A stretch of 64,000 nt of DNA, taken from the NCBI GenBank assembly GCA_964016885.1, contig OZ024766.1, positions 19,282,001 to 19,346,000 on the forward strand. The letters are read 5' to 3'. This DNA is from Eledone cirrhosa. Lineage: Eukaryota. Position numbers and translations under genes: made by a program. This document shows, piece by piece, positions 23,984-35,619 of the stretch. The notes beneath the pieces were generated by a model. The model saw only the letters and a program-made list of their open reading frames with translations, was not told the origin of the DNA and searched no databases. Within the stretch, counting starts at the first letter, position 1; every line of letters begins with the position of its first letter.

Positions 23984-24847
23984 CATTTTACGTCCGCTTT
24001 TCCCTGCTTGCAAGGGTGGGACGGGAACTGATTCTGGCTTGATTTCTACAGCTGGATGCCCTTCCTAACACCAACCTCATTTACAGCGAGTGCTGGGTGC
24101 TTTTTTGCTGTGGCACCTCCACGACCACTTTACAGTGAGTGCTGGGAGCTTTTTTTACCGTGGCACCTCCACGACCACTTTACAGTGAGTGCTGGGTGCT
24201 TTTTTTGCCGTGGCACCTCCACGACCACTTTACAGTGAGTGCTGGGTGCTTTTTTGCCGTGGCACCTCCACGACCACTTTACAGTGAGTGCTGGGTGCTT
24301 TTTTGCCGTGGCACCTCCACGACCACTTTACAGTGAGTGCTGGGTGCTTTTTTGCCGTGGCACCTCCACGACCACTTTACAGTGAGTGCTGGGTGCTTTT
24401 TTGCCGTGGCACCTCCACGACCACTTTACAGTGAGTGCTGGGTGCTTTTTTTGCCGTGGCACCTCCACGACCACTTTACAGTGAGTGCTGGGTGCTTTTT
24501 TACCGTGGCACCTCCACGACCACTTTACAGTGAGTGCTGGGTGCTTTTTTTGCCGTGGCACCTCCACGACCACTTTACAGTGAGTGCTGGGTGCTTTGTT
24601 TTGCCGTGGCACCTCCACGACCACTTTACAGTGAGTGCTGGGTGCTTTTTTGCTGTGGCACCTCCAGGACCACTTTACAGTGAGTGGTGGGTGCTTTTTT
24701 GCCGTGACACCTCCACGTCCACTTTACAGTGAGTGCTGGGTGCTTTTTTGCGACCACTTTACAGTGGAATGATAGGAACCCCAGTCCCTATCATCTCATT
24801 TCTACAGCTGAGTAAACTGGAGCAATGTGAAATAAAGTGTCTTGCTC
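23984..24847 (-). mobile_element. 5'-truncated copy of the same SINE
   Basis: Reverse complement of core, 49-bp array and RTE-type tail. Confidence 0.85.
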
Positions 24848-25170
24848 CAAATAAAATCATAATTGACAATATATAATACACAGAAATTGAACAAAGACTG
24901 CGTTACACTGTCTTATGTAATCAGTAACGTAATCCATGATACATTAAAAAAAAGACAATATTATATATAAACTGCATTAGTTGAAAATTAGTGACAGAAA
25001 ATAAGTATGTTTATTTAAGCGATTGACAATTGGAAGTGTTGACATTTGAAAATTTTAAAGAAGTGAATCTTTAAATAAGTAATAAAATATATTTAATCAA
25101 CAGTGTATTACCGGTACTTGTTTCATCGACACCATAAGGACGAAAGGCAATAGTGAAAAGAAATACTCAC

Positions 25171-25353
25171 TGCTTGGTTTAATGGTTTCGACGTCGATGA
25201 AATAGGGGTCCCCTTTACCCAAGATGGTCCTGGCCCAGATATATACACGGTACAACTGGGAAGATCTTAGGCCTGTTAGCCTGATCTGTTTGAGGGTAGC
25301 GTCAGTCACTTGGGGCTCCATGTCACGTAGCTTACCCAAGTTTAAACCAGTCA
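25171..25353 (-). CDS. Nrg: exon 13, second part of FnIII-4 (VTGLNLG...LYRVYIWARTILGKGDPYFIDVET)
   Basis: cag acceptor, gtgag donor; 183 nt. Confidence 0.92.
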
Positions 25354-25444
25354 CTGCACAAAACAAAAAGGGACAAACAATGGAAAAACTTAAGAGGGGA
25401 ACAATATATTAAATGAGGTACACTACTTCTTATAAATATATAAA

Positions 25445-25706
25445 TGTTTCTACTTTAGGCACAAGGCCAGCAATTACCCCAGTGTATTACTGGTACTTTA
25501 TTTTATCGACCCTGTAATAATTGTTTCTACTTTTGGGGGCACAAGGCCAGCAATTACCCCAGTGTATTACTGGTACTTTATTTTATCAACCCTGTAATAA
25601 TTGTTTCTACTTTTGGGGGCACAAGGCCAGCAATTAGCCCAGTGTATTACTGGTACATTATTTTATCAACCCTGTAAGGATGAAAGGCAAAGTTAACCTC
25701 GGCGAA
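25445..25706. repeat. 3 tandem copies of the same dispersed repeat
   Basis: Matches the 49950 array unit and continues into ggatgaaaggcaaagttaacctcggcg. Confidence 0.8.
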
Positions 25707-25756
25707 TTATATATATATATATATATGCAGAAGTTATATTTAATTTGTTATAAAAG

Positions 25757-25923
25757 TTTTATAACTGATATAAAGCACTCAACGGTTTGCTGCAGTAAAT
25801 ATTTAATATATTAATAAATGGAAACTATATTTATAAAACCACAATTATTCTATTATATACTTGGTTGCCTTTGAAATATGTATAATAAATTTTATAAATA
25901 TAGTTTCCATTTATTAATATATT
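25757..25923. mobile_element. degenerate copy of the same foldback element, hammerhead core partly lost
   Basis: IR 25805-25838 versus 25890-25923 homologous to the 13.9-kb copy; keeps GAAATATGTATAATAA but lacks CTGATGA. Confidence 0.55.
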
Positions 25924-25940
25924 GTATATATGTATATATA

Positions 25941-27211
25941 TCATCATCATCGTTTTACATCCGTTCTTCCACGCTAGCATGGGTTAGACGGGTTGTCCTG
26001 TTGTGGGCAGTGTCTGGTCGGCTGACCATGTCTTGCTCATACAGGAACTGATTCTGGCTTGATTTCTACAGCTGGATGCCCTTCCTAACACCAACCTCAT
26101 TTACAGTGAGTGCTGGGTGCTTTTTTGCCGTGGCACCTCCACGACCACTTTACAGTGTGTGCTGGGTGCTTTTTTGCCGTGGCACCCCCACTACCACTTT
26201 ACAGTGAGTGCTGGGTGCTTTTTTGCTGTGGCACCTCCACGACCACTTTACAGTGAGTGCTGGGTGCTTTTTTGCTGTGGCACCTCCACGACCTCTTTAC
26301 AGTGAGTGCTGGGTGCTTTTTTGCTGTGGCACCTCCACGACCACTTTACAGTGAGTGCTGGGTGCTTTTTTGCTGTGGCACCTCCACGACCACTTTACAG
26401 TGAGTGCTGGGTGCTTTTTTGCCGTGGCACCTCCACGACCACTTTACAGTGAGTGCTGGGTGCTTTTTTGCCGTGGCACCTCCACGACCACTTTACAGTG
26501 AGTGCTGGGTGCTTTTTTGCCGTGGCACCTCCACGACCACTTTACAGTGAGTGCTGGGTGCTTTTTTGCTGTGGCACCTCCACGACCACTTTACAGTGAG
26601 TGCTGGGTGCTTTTTTGCCGTGGCACCTCCACGACCACTTTACAGTGAGTGCTGGGTGCTTTTTTGCCGTGGCACCTCCACGACCACTTTACAGTGAGTG
26701 CTGGGTGCTTTTTTGCCGTGGCACCTCCACGACCACTTTACAGTGAGTGCTGGGTGCTTTTTTGCTGTGGCACCTCCACGACCACTTTACAGTGAGTGCT
26801 GGGAGCTTTTTTTACCTTGGCACCTCCACGACCACTTTACAGTGAGTGCTGGGTGCTTTTTTGCTGTGGCACCTCCACGACCACTTTACAGTGAGTGCTG
26901 GGTGCTTTTTTGCTGTGGCACCTCCACGACCACTTTACAGTGAGTGCTGGGTGCTTTTTTGCTGTGGCACCTCCACGACCACTTTACAGTGAGTGCTGGG
27001 TGCTTTTTTGCCGTGGCACCTCCACGACCATTTTACAGTGGAATGATAGGGACCCCAGTCCCTATCATCTCATTTCTACAGCTGAGTAAACTGGAGCAAT
27101 GTGAAATAAAGTGTCTTGCTCAAGGAAACAACACATCACCCGGTCTGAGAATTGAACTCACAACCTTTCGATTGCAAGCCCAATGCTCTAACCACTAAGC
27201 CATGTGCCTCC
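25941..27211 (-). mobile_element. full-length SINE copy with an alternative 3' tail
   Basis: tRNA head at 27211, core and array; tail ...aacccatgctagcgtggaagaacggatgtaaaacgatgatg. Confidence 0.85.
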
Positions 27212-27286
27212 ATGTATATATATATATATATATATATACAGTATACCCCACCCTCTCACTATAAAGTGGTCGTGCCAGTTTAACAG

Positions 27287-29562
27287 TGCCCCAGCACGGC
27301 CACAGTCAAACAATGCCCCAGTCACACAAAGCCCCAGCATGGCCACAGCACGGCCACAGTCACTCAATGCCCCAGCACGACCCCAGTCAAACAGTGCCCC
27401 AGCATGGCCCCAGTCACACAATGCCCCAGCATGGCCACAGCGACACAAAGCCCTAGCACGGCCACAGTCACACAATGCCCCAGTCACACAAAGCCCCAGC
27501 ATGGCCACAGCACGGCCACAGTCACACAATGCCCCAGCACGGCCCCAGTCACACAATGCCCCAGCAGGGCCACAGCACAGCCCCAGTCACACAATGCCCC
27601 AGCATGGCCACAGCACGGCCCCAGTCACACAATGCCCCAGCATGGCCCCAGTCACACAAAGCCCCAGCATGGCCACAGCACGGCCCCAGTCACACAAAGC
27701 CCCAGCATGGCCCCAGTCACACAATGCCCCAGCACGGCCCCAGTCACACAATGCCCCAGCACAGCCCCAGTCACACAATGCCCAAGCACGGCCCCAGTCA
27801 CACAATGCCCCAGCACGGCCCCAGTCACACAATGCCCCAGCACAGCCCCAGTCACACAATGCCCCAGCACAGCCCCAGTCACACAATGCCCCAGCACAGC
27901 CCCAGTCACACAATGCCCAAGCACGGCCCCAGTCACACAATGCCCAAGCACGGCCCCAGTCACACAATGCCCCAGCACAGCCCCAGTCACACAATGCCCC
28001 AGCACGGCCCCAGTCACACAATGCCCCAGCACGGCCCCAGTCACACAATGCCCCAGCACGGCCCCAGTCACACAATGCCCCAGCACGGCCCCAGTCACAC
28101 AATGCCCCAGCACGACCACAGTCACACAATGCCCCAGCATGGCCCCAGTCACAATGCCCCAGTCACACAATGCCCCAGCACGGCCCCAGTCACACAATGC
28201 CCCAGCACGGCCCCAGTCACACAATGCCCCAGCACAGCCCCAGTCACACAATGCCCCAGTCACACAATGCCCCAGTCACACAATGCCCCAGCACAGCCCC
28301 AGTCACACAATGCCCCAGCACAGCCCCAGTCACACAATGCCCCAGCACAGCCCCAGTCACACAATGCCCCAGCACAGCCCCAGTCACACAATGCCCCAGC
28401 ACGGCCCCAGTCACACAATGCCCCAGCACAACCCCAGTCACACAATGCCCCAGCACAGCCCCAGTCACACAATGCCCCAGCACAGCCCCAGTCACACAAT
28501 GCCCCAGCACAGCCCCAGTCACACAATGCCCCAGCACAGCCCCAGCCACACAATGCCCCAGTCACACAATGCCCCAGCACAGCCCCAGTCACACAATGCC
28601 CCAGCACAGCCCCAGTCACACAATGCCCCAGCACAGCCCCAGTCACACAATGCCCCAGCACAGCCCCAGTCACACAATGCCCCAGCACGGCCCCAGTCAC
28701 ACAATGCCCCAGCACAGCCCCAGTCACACAATGCCCCAGCACAGCCCCAGTCACACAATGCCCCAGCACAGCCCCAGTCACACAATGCCCCAGCACAGCC
28801 CCAGTCACACAATGCCCCAGCACAGCCCCAGTCACACAATGCCCCAGTCACACAATGCCCCAGTCACACAATGCCCCAGCACAGCCCCAGTCACACAATG
28901 CCCCAGCACAGCCCCAGTCACACAATGCCCCAGTCACACAATGCCCCAGCACAGCCCCAGTCACACAATGCCCCAGCACAGCCCCAGTCACACAATGCCC
29001 CAGCACAGCCCCAGTCACACAATGCCCCAGCACAGCCCCAGTCACACAATGCCCCAGCACAGCCCCAGTCACACAATGCCCCAGCACGGCCCCAGTCACA
29101 CAATGCCCCAGCACAGCCCCAGTCACACAATGCCCCAGCACAGCCCCAGTCACACAATGCCCCAGTCACACAATGCCCCAGCACGGCTCCAGTCACACAA
29201 TGCCCCAGCACGGCCCCAGTCACACAATGCCCCAGTCACACAATGCCCCAGCACAGCCCCAGCACGGCCCCAGTCACACAATGCCCCAGCACGGCCCCAG
29301 TCACACAATGCCCCAGCACGGCCCCAGTCACACAATGCCCCAGTCACACAATGCCCCAGCACGGCCCCAGTCACACAATGCCCCAGCACGGCCCCAGTCA
29401 CACAATGCCCCAGCATGGCCACACACACACAATGCCCCAGCACAGCCCCAGTCACACAATGCCCCAGTCACACAATGCCCCAGTCACACAATGCCCCAGC
29501 ACGGCCCCAGTCACACAATGCCCCAGCACGGCCCCAGTCACACAATGCCCCAGCATGGCCAC
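27287..29562. repeat. 27-bp minisatellite (gccccagcacagccccagtcacacaat; 11+16 subunits)
   Basis: Direct inspection. Confidence 0.93.
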
Positions 29563-29594
29563 ACACACACAGAGAGAGAGAGAGAGAGACTGAC

Positions 29595-29717
29595 CTGTCT
29601 GGAATCCAATGTCGTAACCAACAACATAACCGTTCTTGTCGTTGGGTTGGTCCCAGTTGAGGAGGAAGTGGTTGGACCCCCTCACCACAGCTACCAGGAA
29701 CGGTACTGGACCTGGGA
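29595..29717 (-). CDS. Nrg: exon 12, first part of FnIII-4 (VPGPVPFL...WDQPNDKNGYVVGYDIGFQT)
   Basis: cag acceptor, gtcagt donor; 123 nt. Confidence 0.92.
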
Positions 29718-29725
29718 CTGTAAAC

Positions 29726-31580
29726 AGAGAGTGGAGTGGAGGTAGAGTGAGAGAGTGAGGGGGAGGTAGAATGGAGTGGAGATAGAGTGTGAGAGTGGAG
29801 GTAGAGTGAGAGTGGAGGTAGAGTGTGAGAGTGGAGATAGAGTGTGAGAGTGGAGGTAGAGTGAGAGCGGAGGTAGAGTGTGAGAGTGGAGTGGTGGTAG
29901 AGTGGAGTGGTGGTAGAGTGAGAGAGTGAGGGGAGGTAGAATGGAGTGGAGATAGAGTGTGAGAGTGGAGGTAGAGTGAGAGTGGAGGTAGAGTGAGAGA
30001 GTGGAGGTAGCGTGTGAGAGTAGCGTGTGAGAGTGGAGTGGTGGTCGAGTGTGGGAGTGAGGGGAGGTAGAGTGAGAGTGGAGTGGAGGTAGAGTGAGAG
30101 AGTGAGGGGGAGGTAGAATGGAGTGGAGATAGAGTGTGAGAGTGGAGGTAGAGTGAGAGTGGAGGTAGAGTGAGAGTGGAGGTAGCGTGTGAGAGTAGCG
30201 TGTGAGAGTGGAGTGGTGGTCGAGTGTGGGAGTGAGGGGAGGTAGAGTGAGAGAGTGAGGGGGAGGTAGAATGGAGTGGAGATAGAGTGTGAGAGTGGAG
30301 GTAGAGTGAGAGTGGAGGTAGCGTGTGAGAGTAGCGTGTGAGAGTGGAGTGGTGGTCGAGTGTGGGAGTGAGGGGAGGTAGAGTGAGAGAGTGAGGGGGA
30401 GGTAGAATGGAGTGGAGATAGAGTGTGAGAGTGGAGGTAGAGTGAGAGTGGAGGTAGCGTGTGAGAGTAGCGTGTGAGAGTGGAGTGGTGGTCGAGTGTG
30501 GGAGTGAGGGGAGGTAGAGTGAGAGTGGAGTGGAGGTAGAGTGAGAGTGTGAGGGGAAATAGAGTGTGAGAGTGGAGATGAGGTAGAGAGTGGTGGTAGA
30601 GTGAGAGTGGAGGTAGAGTGAGAGTGGTGGTAGAGTGAGAGTGGAGGTAGAGAGTGAGAGTGGAGGTAGAGAGTGACAGTGGAGGTAGAGAGTGAGAGTG
30701 GTGGTAGAGTGAGAGTGGTGGTAGAGTGAGAGTGGAGTGAGAGTGGAATGGCAGTTGGGGGAGAGCGGAGTGGAGGTGGAGTGGATTGTGGGTAGAGTGG
30801 TGTAGAAGTAAAGTAGGCTGGAGGTGGAGTGAGAGTGAGTGGAGGTTATGGAATGTGGGTTATTGAATGTGGAGTGTGGATTATAGAATATGGAGTGTAG
30901 GTTATGAAATATGGGTTATGGAATGTGGAGTGTGGGTTATGGAATGTGAAGTGTGGGTTATGGAGTGTGGAGAGTGGGTTATGGAATGTGGAGTGTGGGT
31001 TATGGAATGTGGAGAGTGGGTTATGGAATGTGGAGAGTGGGTTATGGAATGTGGAGTGGGTTATGGAATGTGTAGTGTGGGTTGTGGAATGTGGAGTGTG
31101 GGTTGTGGAATGTGGAGTGTGGGTTATGGAATGTGGAGAGTGGGTTGTGGAATGTGGAGTGTGGGTTGTGGAATGTGGAGTGTGGGTTATGGAATGTGGA
31201 GAGTGGGTTATGGAATGTGGAGTGTGGGTTATGGAATGTGGAGAGTGGGTTATGGAATGTGGAGTGTGGGTTATGGAATGTGGAGTGTGGGTTATGGAAT
31301 GTGGAGAGTGGGTTATGGAATGTGGAGTGTGGGTTATGGAAAGTGGAATGTGGGTTATGGAATGTGGAGAGTGGGTTATGGAATGTGGAGAGTGGGTTAT
31401 GGAATGTGGAGTGTGGGTTATGGAATGTGGAGTGTGGGTTATGGAATGTGGAGAGTGGGTTATGGAATGTGGAATGTGGGTTATGGAATGTGGAGAGTGG
31501 GTTATGGAATGTGGAATGTGGGTTATGGAATGTGGAGTGTGGGTTATGGAATGTGGAGTGTGGGTTGTGGAGTGTGGAGT
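29726..31580. repeat. GAGT-rich low-complexity tract followed by a 21-bp minisatellite (gggttatggaatgtggagtgt, 30845-31580)
   Basis: Direct inspection. Confidence 0.88.
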
Positions 31581-31609
31581 GCAGATGGAATAGTAACTGC
31601 TTTCCTTAC

Positions 31610-31844
31610 CTCCTTCCGCGGTTTTGAAACTGAAAATGTCGCTGGGTGCCCCGACATAGTAGGAGTTCATCACAAGAACTTGGGCCTCAACATCTGAGTA
31701 AGGGTAAATATTGGTGAGTTCGACTTTGACCTCACCCGCACCCAGGCTGCGCTTCGTCCTTGTACTATTGTTAGTGTTAGTACTCATGTAGAATGTGTGG
31801 TCCTGAAATGTGGCCCTTCTCTGGCCACGTTTCCAGAACTGAAT
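31610..31844 (-). CDS. Nrg: exon 11, second part of FnIII-3 with furin-type RTKR site (IQFWKRG...TRTKRS...FKTAEG)
   Basis: tag acceptor, gtaag donor; 235 nt; a proprotein-convertase site in FnIII-3 is an L1-family trait. Confidence 0.92.
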
Positions 31845-32953
31845 CTAAAAGTAGTGGTGGCCATGGATTAGTTGGACAGATACACACACACACACTCATA
31901 CACTTACATACTCACACACACGCGCACACACACTCACTCACTCACACACACTCACATACTCACACAAACACGGGCACACACACTCACTCACTCACACACA
32001 CTCATACACTTACATACTCACACAAACACGCACACACACACTCATACACTTACATACTCACACACACGCGCACACACACTCACTCACTCACACACACTCA
32101 CATACTCACACAAACACACACTCACAAACACTCATACACTTACATATTCACAAACACGCGCACACACTCATACACTTACATACTCACACACACACACACG
32201 CACTCACACTCACAAACACACATACATACACTTACATACTTACACAAACGCGCACACACACACTCACAAACACTCATACATACTCACACAAACACGCACA
32301 CACACACTCAAACACTCATACACTTACATACTCACACAAACACGCGCACACACACTCACTCACTCACACACAAACACTCATACACTTACATATTCACAAA
32401 CACGCGCACACACTCACTCACACACACAAACACTCATACACTTACATACTCACACAAACACGCACACTCACAAACACTCATACACTTACATACTCACACA
32501 AACACGCGCACACACACTCACTCACACTCTTACATACTCACACAAACACGCACACACACACTCATACACTTACATACTCACACACACTCACACAAACACG
32601 CACACACACTCACTCACTCACACAAACACACAAACACTCATACACTTACATATTCACAAACGCGCGCACACACTCATACACTTACATACTCACACACACA
32701 CACACACACACGCACGCACTCACACTCACAAACACACATACATACATACACTTACATACTCACACAAACGCGCACACACACACTCACAAACACTCATACA
32801 TACTCACACAAACACGCACACACACACTCACAAACACTCATACACTTACATATTCACACAAACACGCGCACACTCACACACTCACAAACACTCACACACT
32901 TACATATTCACACAAACACGCGCACACACTCACTCACAAACACTCATACACTT

Positions 32954-34172
32954 ATCATCATCATCATTTTACGTCCGCTTTTCCCTGCTTGCAAGGGTGG
33001 GACGGGTCCTATTCAGCATCTCTCCACTTGTCACGGTCCTTCGCCATCTCCACCGTGAGCTTCAACAATCTGAGGTCAGCTCTCACCACCTTCGCCCATG
33101 ATTTTTGTGGTCTACCTCTACCACGTCTTCCTTCTACTGGGGTTTCTTGGCACTTCTTCACCCATCGGTCATCCTCCATGCGCATCACATGTCCATACCA
33201 TCTCAGTCTTCTGTCCCACACACCACAACTTATCCCTCTTATACCCAGTTTCTCTCTCAACACATCACATGTCCATACCATCTCAGTCTTCTGTCCCACA
33301 CACCACAACTTATCCCTCTTATACACAGTTTCTCTCTCAACACATCACATGTCCATACCACCTCAGTCTTCTCTCCCACACACCACAACTTATCCCTCTT
33401 ATACACAGTTTCTCTCTCAACACATCACATGTCCATACCATCTCAGTCTTCTCTCCCACACACCACAACTTATCCCTCTTATACACAGTTTCTCTCTCAA
33501 CACATCACATGTCCATACCACCTCAGTCTTCTCTCCCACACACCACAACTTATCCCTCTTATACACAGTTTCTCTCTCAACTCATCACATGTCCATACCA
33601 CCTCAGTCTTCTCTCCCACACACCACAACCTATCCCTCTTATACACAGTTTCTCTCTCAACACATCACATGTCCATACCACTTCAGTCTTCTCTCCCACA
33701 CACCACAACCTATCCCTCTTATACAGTTTCTCTCTCAACTCATCACATGTCCATACCACCTCAGTCTTCTCTCCCACACACCACAACTTATCCCTCTCAG
33801 ACACAGTTTCTTTCTCAACACATCACATGTCCATACCACTTCAGTCCTCTCTCCCACACACCACAACCTATCCCTCTTATACAGTTTCTCTCTCAACTCA
33901 TCACATGTCCATACCACCTCAGTCTTCTCTCCCACACACCACAACTTATCCCTCTCAGACACAGTTTCTTTCTCAACACATCACATGTCCATACCACCTC
34001 AGTCTTCTCTCCCACACACCACAACCTATCCCTCTCAGACAGTTGCTCTCTCAACACATCCATGCTCGGTTGTTCACACACATTGACACTGCACATCCAA
34101 CAGAGCATGCTTGCTTCACTTATCTCCATCACATATCCTCAACAGTTGCTGCCCATGTCTCACCACTCATCA
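32954..34172 (-). mobile_element. RTE-clade LINE 3' fragment with an internal 80-bp tandem array
   Basis: RRLRWYGHVMRMEDDRWVKK...GRRGRGRPQKSW...DRDKWR; (tga)n tail; array at about 33183-34050. Confidence 0.88.
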
Positions 34173-34194
34173 CTTAAGATAAACACCCACTTAC

Positions 34195-34316
34195 CTTATA
34201 ACCACTGAACTTGCCCCTGATTTGAAGTGAATTGGGGTCAACCCCATCAAATATGATGGTTGCAGTAGTTGCGCGAATGTTATTTGCCCTAGGGTTATAT
34301 ACAATAGCATTAGGGG
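34195..34316 (-). CDS. Nrg: exon 10, first part of FnIII-3 (PNAIVYNP...IRGKFSGYK)
   Basis: ttcag acceptor, gtaag donor; 122 nt. Confidence 0.92.
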
Positions 34317-34369
34317 CTGAAAATAAAGAAATTAAGGTTACACTCAGAGTTAACCATTGTTTGACTGTA

Positions 34370-35378
34370 TAAGAAGGCAAGGAAGAAGAGGATGGCAAAA
34401 GAAGAAGACAAGGAAGAAGAAAAAGAAAAGAAAAAGACAAGGAAGAAAAAAAAAGAAAAAGAAAAAGACAAGGAAGAAGAAAAGAAGACAAGGAAGAAGA
34501 AAAAGGAAAAAACAAGAAGAAAAGAAAAAGACAAGGAAGAAGAAAAAGAAGAAAAAGACAAGGAAGAAGAAAAGAAAAAGAAAAAGACAGGAAGAAAAGA
34601 AGACAAGGAAGAAGAAAAAGACAAGGAAGAAGAAAAAGACAAGGAAGAAGAAAAAGACAAGGAAGAAGAAAAAGAAAAAGACAAGGAAGAAGAAAAAGAA
34701 AAAGACAAGGAAGAAAAGACAAGGAAGAAGAAAAAGAAAAAGACAAGGAAGAAGAAAAGAAAAAGACAAGGAAGAAGAAAAAGAAAAAGACGAGAAAGAA
34801 GAAAAAGAAAAAGACAAGGAAAAAGAAAAAGAAAAGGAAGAAAAAGAAAAAGACAAGGAAGAAGAAAAAGAAGACAAGGAAGAAGAAAAAGAAGAAGAAA
34901 AAGAAAAAGACAAAGAAGAAAAAGAAAAAGAAGAAAAAGAAAAAGACAAGCAAGAAGAAAAAGAAAAAGACAAAGAAGAAGAAAAAGAAGACAAGGAAGA
35001 AGAAAAAGAAAAAGACAAAGAAGAAAAAGAAAAAGAAGAAAAAGAAAAAGACAAGCAAGAAGAAAAAGAAAAAGACAAAGAAAAAGAAAAAGACAAAGAA
35101 GAAGAAAAAGACAAGGAAGAAGAAAAAGAAGACAAGGAAGAAGAAAAAGAAGAAAAAGAAGAAAAAGAAAAAGACAAGGAAGAAAAAGAAGAAAAAGAAA
35201 AAGACAAGGAAGAAAAAGAAGAAAAAGAAAAAGACAAAGAAGAAGAAAAAGAAAAAGACAAGGAAGAAGAAAAAAAAAAAGACAAGGAAGCAGAAAAAGA
35301 AGAAAAAAAAAACAAAAGACAAGGAAGAAGAAAAAGAAGACAAGGCAAAGAAGAAAAAGAAGGCCGAGAAGAAGGAAA
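34370..35378. repeat. polypurine (GAA/GACAAG) low-complexity tract; similar tract at 55337-56060
   Basis: Direct inspection. Confidence 0.9.
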
Positions 35379-35383
35379 CTTAC

Positions 35384-35618
35384 TGTCCTCGCCTGAGTAC
35401 CCAACTATTTTGACGGGGTTTTTATTGGCGTCCCCGATGCTGTTTTTGACCCTCATTATGATGTCATAGGCGCGGTAGATGTTGTTGGTTTGGATACTGA
35501 CGTTGTTGACCCTCCAATCCGTGATGGACTGCGTTATGGGGTCGTCGGTGCTGTTGGCCCTTTTCACTTGAATCACATACTGGAAGTCTGGGCCGTTGTG
35601 GGTGATGGGTGGCATGAT
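35384..35618 (-). CDS. Nrg: exon 9, FnIII-2 (IMPPITHNGPDFQY...GYSGED)
   Basis: cag acceptor, gtaag donor; 235 nt; conserved L1 motifs. Confidence 0.94.
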
Positions 35619-35619
35619 C

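Noticed and set aside
24090-27040. Regularly spaced 49-bp repeats resembling a CRISPR array (likewise other arrays)
   Set aside because: Units are contiguous with no unique spacers, there are no cas genes, and the context is a eukaryotic SINE
34357-35396. Lys/Glu-rich and Phe/Leu-rich ORFs (also 55331-56158, 27204-29745 and poly-YI ORFs)
   Set aside because: Low-complexity intronic repeats without splice or domain support
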